Shown here: piece by piece, positions 57,928 through 64,000 of the stretch
Layout: each line of letters starts with the position of its first letter
How positions within the stretch are numbered: the first letter of the stretch is position 1
Assembly: GCF_009914755.1 (NCBI RefSeq)
Contig: NC_060927.1
Length of the DNA stretch: 64,000 nt
DNA from: the human T2T-CHM13v2.0 reference genome, Homo sapiens
Strand: one strand, 5' to 3'
Notes under the pieces: model-generated
Database searches by the model: none
Told to the model about the DNA's origin: nothing
What the model saw: the letters and a program-made list of their open reading frames with translations, nothing else
Made by a program: the position numbers and the translations under genes

Positions 57928-60462
57928 TTAAGAATGTCTGACCCAGAGTTGGGTGAATGGATATCGAGTCACACTTGCACGGGGACTTTGAGACAGCTTT
58001 AGATTGAGACTATCCACTCCCTCGTCAGCTTATAGGCTAAATACAGTTTGTTTGTTATTAAAAAATTTTTATTTGAGCCTCCATAAAGATAAGTTTTTTT
58101 CAGGAAATGTGAATCCATTTCAGAAAAGAAAAGGAAGTCAGGGGCACACATCATGGGGTAGGTAGTGTAAGGAGTGTAAGGAGTGCCAGTGGGTTCCTGA
58201 GTCTCACCACTCAGACTGCTGTTCCTCTGACACTGTGTGGTCATCCAGCAACACCGTCTGGTAACACCATTGTCTGCTGTAGTGATGAAAGACTCTGACA
58301 GCGGGGCTTCCTGATACCAAGGGACTGTACTGTGGCCTAGTCCTAGACCAGACCTTGTCCCCATCTCTGGTGGCTAGAGACCCCAGAAAAGCTGGACTAG
58401 TGTGCATTTTAGAAGCAGCAGCATCACCATGTCATGGCTTATAGAAGCATCTTTTTGAGTGGGTATGATTTTTTTTTTTTAACCAGGGTTCAGAGTCTTA
58501 CTCCTCAGAGTCACTGTGAATGGGTCAGTTTTCTCAGCCAATTGGAGGAACTGAGGCTTCATGAGGGCTTCGCAACCAGGGAGTCTCCAAGAGAGCTGTT
58601 GATAGCAACCCAAAGGCAGGATGAGAAATAGGTTCCAGGAGAGAATTACAGTAAATAAAATAAAGTTCACTGTCATCCCGCCATGGTAGACTGCCACATT
58701 TTCCAATTTGGTAAGGAAGGTTACCACTGGAATCAGCTATTTATGTATGCAGGTTATTAAGAAGGATGTTAGCAACCTTTTAATAGTACATTTTATGGAA
58801 ATTGGGATTGCTTTTAATTTCTTCCAGGAGGTCCATACTTTTATAAGTTAGCAGTATCTTTCTGCAGTGTTGTTTATGTAATCTTAGAATTCAATAGTGC
58901 ATTTAGGGGCCTCCTTCTCCATGTTTCTGTTTAGGAGTCAGAGGACTCGGGCTTGGGTTTTCTTGCTGATGGTTTCCAGGAAAGATGTTGATGCGGTTTT
59001 ATGCCAGTCCCCACTCAGAAGATCTGACAGGTCAATGGGTGTTGCAGGTACAATGTCAGAAGCCCCATAACCAGAGTCCTCACGAGACAGGTCTATCACT
59101 ACCCGGTAGATACCTTTCAGGAAAGCTGGGATGGTGGAGTCAGCCTCAGAATGAGCTTTATAGCCTTCTGGTCTAAATAGTATATGGGATCACATTCTCT
59201 GTTACAGGCAATAGGTGATGCCCATCCTTCCTCAACTGGGAGCTTGCCTTTTTTCATAAACATAACCTCAACTATGGAGATCATATCCCAGGTGGCTGGC
59301 AACTTGACATCAAATATAAACTTTATCAAGCATTCCTGGAGGGTTGGCAGATGAACACAACTGGAAATACTTCCAGTAAATCTCACTGTCATGTCTAGAT
59401 GGAATGCAATGATTACCTCCTTTTTTTTCCCCACTTAAAACAGACACCAGACAGAACTGCCTTGACTGTCTTTACCATCTTTTCATTGTGTTTTTCCTCC
59501 CTGAACCATATTCATTTTTATCCATATGGACGATAATAGTGTTGGGATCCACTGGGAACTGGGCCGCTGTGGTGTTTCAATTGATAAGGGTTTAGAAACC
59601 AAAAGTAGGAATTATTTGCTTTCAGAAACTACCGAAACTGTGGGCCAGATGGGAGAAGGGAACCTTGAGTTATGAAGGTGACAGGCCTCAGGTGGGGAAA
59701 AGATTGGGTTTGCCAAGTCAGCATTGTGAACTCAAAATTCGCGGGGCCTTTGTTTTTGTGACAGAGTTGCTTTAGCTATGGAAAGACTTTTTTTTTTAAC
59801 CAAAGTGGGATTTCTAGGTAGAGTTCATAGCTACCTAGCAAAGGGAATAGAGAAATGGTTCATGTGTGCTTTCAGACACAAGAGGCGGCTGAGGCATCCA
59901 CTCAGCACAATGGAGAGCTCTGGAGAAGCAGAGTTGAGGCTTGTTCAGGAAAACCTTGTGACCAAGAGATACCAAACAACCTTATATTTGGCCACAAACT
60001 AAAGGGCTGCCTGAGCTCTTACTTCCATGAAACTAATTAAAAAATAAGAAGAGCATGGGGTGATCATGGAGGTCATCAGAGAACACCAGGAAAGCAACAG
60101 GGAGCAGCTGATGAGCCAGAAGTGGTGAACAGCTTGGCTGTAGAGGAGAGACTGAGCAGCCTTTCTTGCCCAGCCCAGGATCCTACCAGATCCTTTCCAG
60201 GACTTTGGTCACAGACAATATCCCTTAGTTTGCTTCCAACATGACTGGGTTGCTCACAGATAGAATCTCCCAGGTGGCTGGCCCTGTGGCCCCCAGGGAC
60301 AAATCCCCTGATGTCTAGGAAACTGCAGTTCATGAGAAACTGGCTTGAATCTTGGTGGGTGGAGATCACCTCTTTGTTTCAGTTTTGGCAAATAATGACA
60401 TCTGATATGAAACCATACTCTGAGGGTGGCAGAAAACTCAGTAAATATCCTACCTCCTAACC
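57928..60462 (-). pseudogene. Candidate decayed (unitary?) protein-coding region, family unassigned
   Basis: Repeat-poor island with long stop-poor minus-strand frames and splice-like sites; see findings. No homolog recognised. Confidence 0.3.
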
Positions 60463-61689
60463 CTGGAAGAAGAAATAGACTTCATTAGGGGGTGGGGTAG
60501 AAAGAGAGCATTAGATTAAATTTAACTGTAGATTTGTTTCCCTGCCATCTAATTTTAAACTTCCCAACTCCTAGATTTTTCTAGAAGGTACTTTACAAAC
60601 TAGTTCTTGGCCTATTAGTGGGTTCTGAAATCAATTTAGTGGGGCATGACCAATAATTTTCTTTTGTTTTAAATTTATTATTATTAAAGATATCAAATAT
60701 ATAAAATATTGGAATAGTATAACAAACTCCCACGTGCCTATCACCCAGTTTGATATGATCAACTCATGACCAATCTTGTTTCACCAGTCGTCTGTCTCAC
60801 AGATTTTGAAGCAAGCTCCAGACCTCATATCATTTCATCAGTAAATATTTTGGTATGTATCACTAAAAGATGATTAGTACCATTTTGAAATGACATACAG
60901 AGAATAGAAAATATCAGAGTGAAGGTTAAGTAATATTAACCTTTTGCTTCAGATGTGTGTGTGTACACATATGTGCACTTGGGTGAGATGTGAAATGTAT
61001 TTCTTACAGTGAGTCGCAAAAGAAAAGTGTGAAAGTCACTTTTCTAGGAGAAAGTCTAGAGGACTTGGTCCTCACCAGCAACCTCAGTAGTGCCCTCTAC
61101 CCCACCCCCACAAGGCCTATGTCAGAGCAGAACCTGGCTGAATCCAGTAGGAGAAAAGGATTGGGGGAAGTATGCTGGGGTGTCTGGAAGGTGACCCAGA
61201 GAGTATGATGTCCTCATTTCAGAGAACAGAAAAGTTTTCCCTAGAGAGAATTTGTGACTGGGTGAAAAAGAAACAGAATAATATAACAAATGTTTGCAAC
61301 ATCCCCCTTTCTTTCTAAGGAGGTCTTACAGCCTGGCTTTGTGTTGCTGCTTGGAATAAAAAATGAATTGAAGGAGACCTAGAAAGCTAATTGGGTCTCC
61401 TTAGTGAAGAGCTGAGCAGAAGTGGGGAGGGGAGAGGGAAATAGCCAACGCTGGAGGAGTTTAGCGGGAGAGTTAGCAAAGAAAGGGTGGGGAAAGGAGC
61501 CAGGAGAGATTTCTGAGTGGCTGCCCTGGAAACAGGCATGGATGGCTAGAGAGGGATTTTAGAGTAATTTGCTATGAGTCATGCAGTGTATCTCACTTTA
61601 GGCCTGTTCTAAAACCTAGTAGAATGTTAACATCCTTTTCAGTGCCCTTTGGATGTTTCCAGTCAGCCACCCATACGAAGAGGAGGCTC

Positions 61690-62420
61690 AGATTGTGTGG
61701 GTCAGAGTGAAATGGGGCAGGCAAGTTAGGAGGCTTGAAATTTCAGCAATTCAGTGAGAGGATGGTGGCTTGGACCAGGATAGAAATGCTGAAGCTGAAG
61801 AGGAGTGGGTGGATTCAGGATATGTTTTGAAGGTAGAGTCAATAGGACTGCCTACTGGGTTGGATGTGGGGGGAATGGGGAGAAAGAAAATAAGGATAAC
61901 TTATCTATTTTAGAAATAGAATTGGTGAAGAGGCCATTTATGGGGGTAGGGAAGAATGTGAGAGGGGGTAGGTTGCAGGTGAAACATCTGGCGTTCTATT
62001 TGGGTCATGCTAAGTTTGAGATAGATCAGATATCTAAGCTGAGGGGCCAAGTAGAAGGCTGAATATATAAAAGTCTGTGGTTCTGCAGATAGATCAAGGC
62101 TGGAGACATGGGTTCCAGGACCATCAGCCCAAAGATGGTATTCAAGCTGGGATCCTGGTTGAGATCATCTGGAGCATGTTTGCTTTCTGATGAAAGTGAT
62201 AGAGAAGTCATTGTTAAGGGGATGGGATCCAGAGCTCAAGTGGACGGGGAATCTCTGGAGACACTTCATCCAGAGAAAAGAAAAGGTGGAGAATTTTACA
62301 TAGATGCTGGTAGGTTAGGAGTCTACATTCTAGGTTGATGAAGGAGTTCCTTTCTGATTATTTCTAAAGTCTCAATGAAAAATGAGAAAAGTCACCAGCT
62401 TAGAGTGAGCACAGGGGAAC
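61690..62420 (-). mobile_element. L2 fragments
   Basis: gatggtggcttggaccagg...gttttgaaggtagag...gctaagtttgagat. Confidence 0.65.
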
Positions 62421-62599
62421 AGGTATTAGAAGTTGAAATGATCAATCAACCAATTTTTCAATGCCTTTCCAAAAGACCGTCAACCCCATAAAAGTAGTAG
62501 GGGTTGGGCCTGTCTTATTCATTCTTGTTCCTAGTGCCTTGCAAGTTGCTGCACATAAAGTGTTCAATAAACAATTGCTGAATGAAAGAGTCAGTGATT

Positions 62600-63455
62600 G
62601 AATGAAAGTTAGACACCTCTGGTAGTTATTTATTCCATATAACCATCTACTCCTGAACTTTGTGGCTTAAAACAACCATTTATGATTACCTCTCACCATT
62701 CTGTGGCCTTGATGAGCTCAGAGATGTAGTTCTTACTTAGGGTTCCTCATATGATTCCAGTCAAATAACTGGGGTTGGCTTACAGCTTCTTTACTAATGT
62801 GTCTGATGCCTGTGATGTCTGAGACATTTGGGTACTGGTGGGGCATCTCTGTCTCCATATGGTTTCTTCTTCTTTTTTTTTTTTTTTTTTTTTTTCACTC
62901 TGTTGCCAGGCTGGAGTGCAGTGGTGCAATCTTGGCTCACTACAACCTCCGCCCCCCAGGTTCAAAGCGGTTCTCCTGCCTCAGCCTCCCGAGTAGCTGG
63001 GACTACAGGCACGTGCCACCACGCCCAGCTAATTTTTGTATTTTTAGTAGAGATGGGGTTTCACCATGTTGGCCAGGATGGTCTCTTTCTCTTGACCTAG
63101 TGATCCGCCCACCTCGGCCTCCCAAAGTGCTGGGATTACAGGCGTGAGCCACCGCACCCGGACATGGTTTCTTCTTCTTTGCTGGCTTGGTCTTCCTTAC
63201 AGCATAGTGGTCTCAGGGTCGTTGGATTTCTTCCATAATGGCTGGCTTTCTTCAGGGATTGCTTCTCCCACAATTTGTGTTCCAAGGGACCCTGGTGGAC
63301 TCTGCAAGGCTTCTTAAATCCTAGCCTTAGAAGTGTCACAGCATCACTATTTCTGTTGGTTAAAACAGTCACACATCAGCCCAGATTCAAGGGGGTGAAG
63401 GGATAGAATTCACTAACAGGAGAAGAAATTGAGGCAGCATTCTTGGAGACAAGCT
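62600..63455 (-). mobile_element. Old MLT1 LTR interrupted by an Alu
   Basis: gtggcttaaaacaaccattta...cagcccagattcaaggg. Confidence 0.6.
62876..63163 (-). mobile_element. AluS(c-like)
   Basis: 17-bp TSD atggtttcttcttcttt at 62859-62875 and 63164-63180. Confidence 0.95.
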
Positions 63456-64000
63456 ACAACATTCATGCAAATGTGTCATGCAGACCTGGAATTTAGATGA
63501 AAGAATAGAACTAGAGACCAAAAATAGAAATCACAGACAGAGATAAGAGAGGTGGATTCACAAGAATGGACTGGACCCCTCAAAGGAGAAATGGTAAAAA
63601 GCCTGAGCCTTGGAGGACATTCCCCCACCAGCAACCAAAGGCAAAGGAGAGAGAAGAGGGAGGACAGGGGAGGGAGAGATAAAAAGGAGGTGGGAGGACC
63701 AAGGTAAAGGAGGTGAGGAGACAGAGCTGGGGGAAAAGAGAGAGAGAGAATATTAGATTTAGAGTCTAACTTTAGCTTATGGAATAAATAAGAACCCAAA
63801 TTATCTGAAGAGTAAAATCAAATTCTCAAATCTGTTTTTAGAGACTACTCAGCCTAATTGATAAAATTAATTGCAGTTGCTACTTTAACCCTCAACGGAG
63901 CAGAAGCTTAAAATTTGCTGTTTAGATTTCAGTTTCTAGTTATACCTGAGGTTGTTCCAGCTTGGTTAGGTTCAAGCCGGTGAAAGGCAGGCTGGTACTA

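Noticed and set aside
59117-59434. 105-aa ORF as a stand-alone gene; helicase-, ZP- or RT-like motif resemblances in neighbouring frames
   Set aside because: Non-ATG start; the resemblances are short, mutually inconsistent and cannot be supported without a profile search.

Overview
Human (primate) genomic DNA, recognisable as the RNF13-PFN2-TMEM183B neighbourhood (recalled as 3q25.1). In order: the last two exons and 3' UTR of RNF13 (+); the complete convergent PFN2 gene (-) with two tandem-duplicated 98-nt terminal coding segments (IIa and IIb), a 3' UTR carrying an atypical IRE hairpin and many miRNA seed matches, and a CpG-island promoter; a young, full-length, ORF-intact TMEM183A retrocopy (TMEM183B) with poly-A and a 14-bp TSD; processed pseudogenes of PPIA and HNRNPA1 (the latter from the exon-7B isoform); and a repeat-dense intergenic region (L1, Alu, MaLR/ERVL LTRs, MER, MIR, L2). 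The best unexplained signal is a repeat-poor ~2.7 kb island (57.7-60.5 kb). Its minus strand reads as a possibly decayed multi-exon coding region that I cannot assign to a family; support is suggestive only. No prokaryotic systems or CRISPR arrays are present. Repeat boundaries and subfamily names are by eye and approximate.
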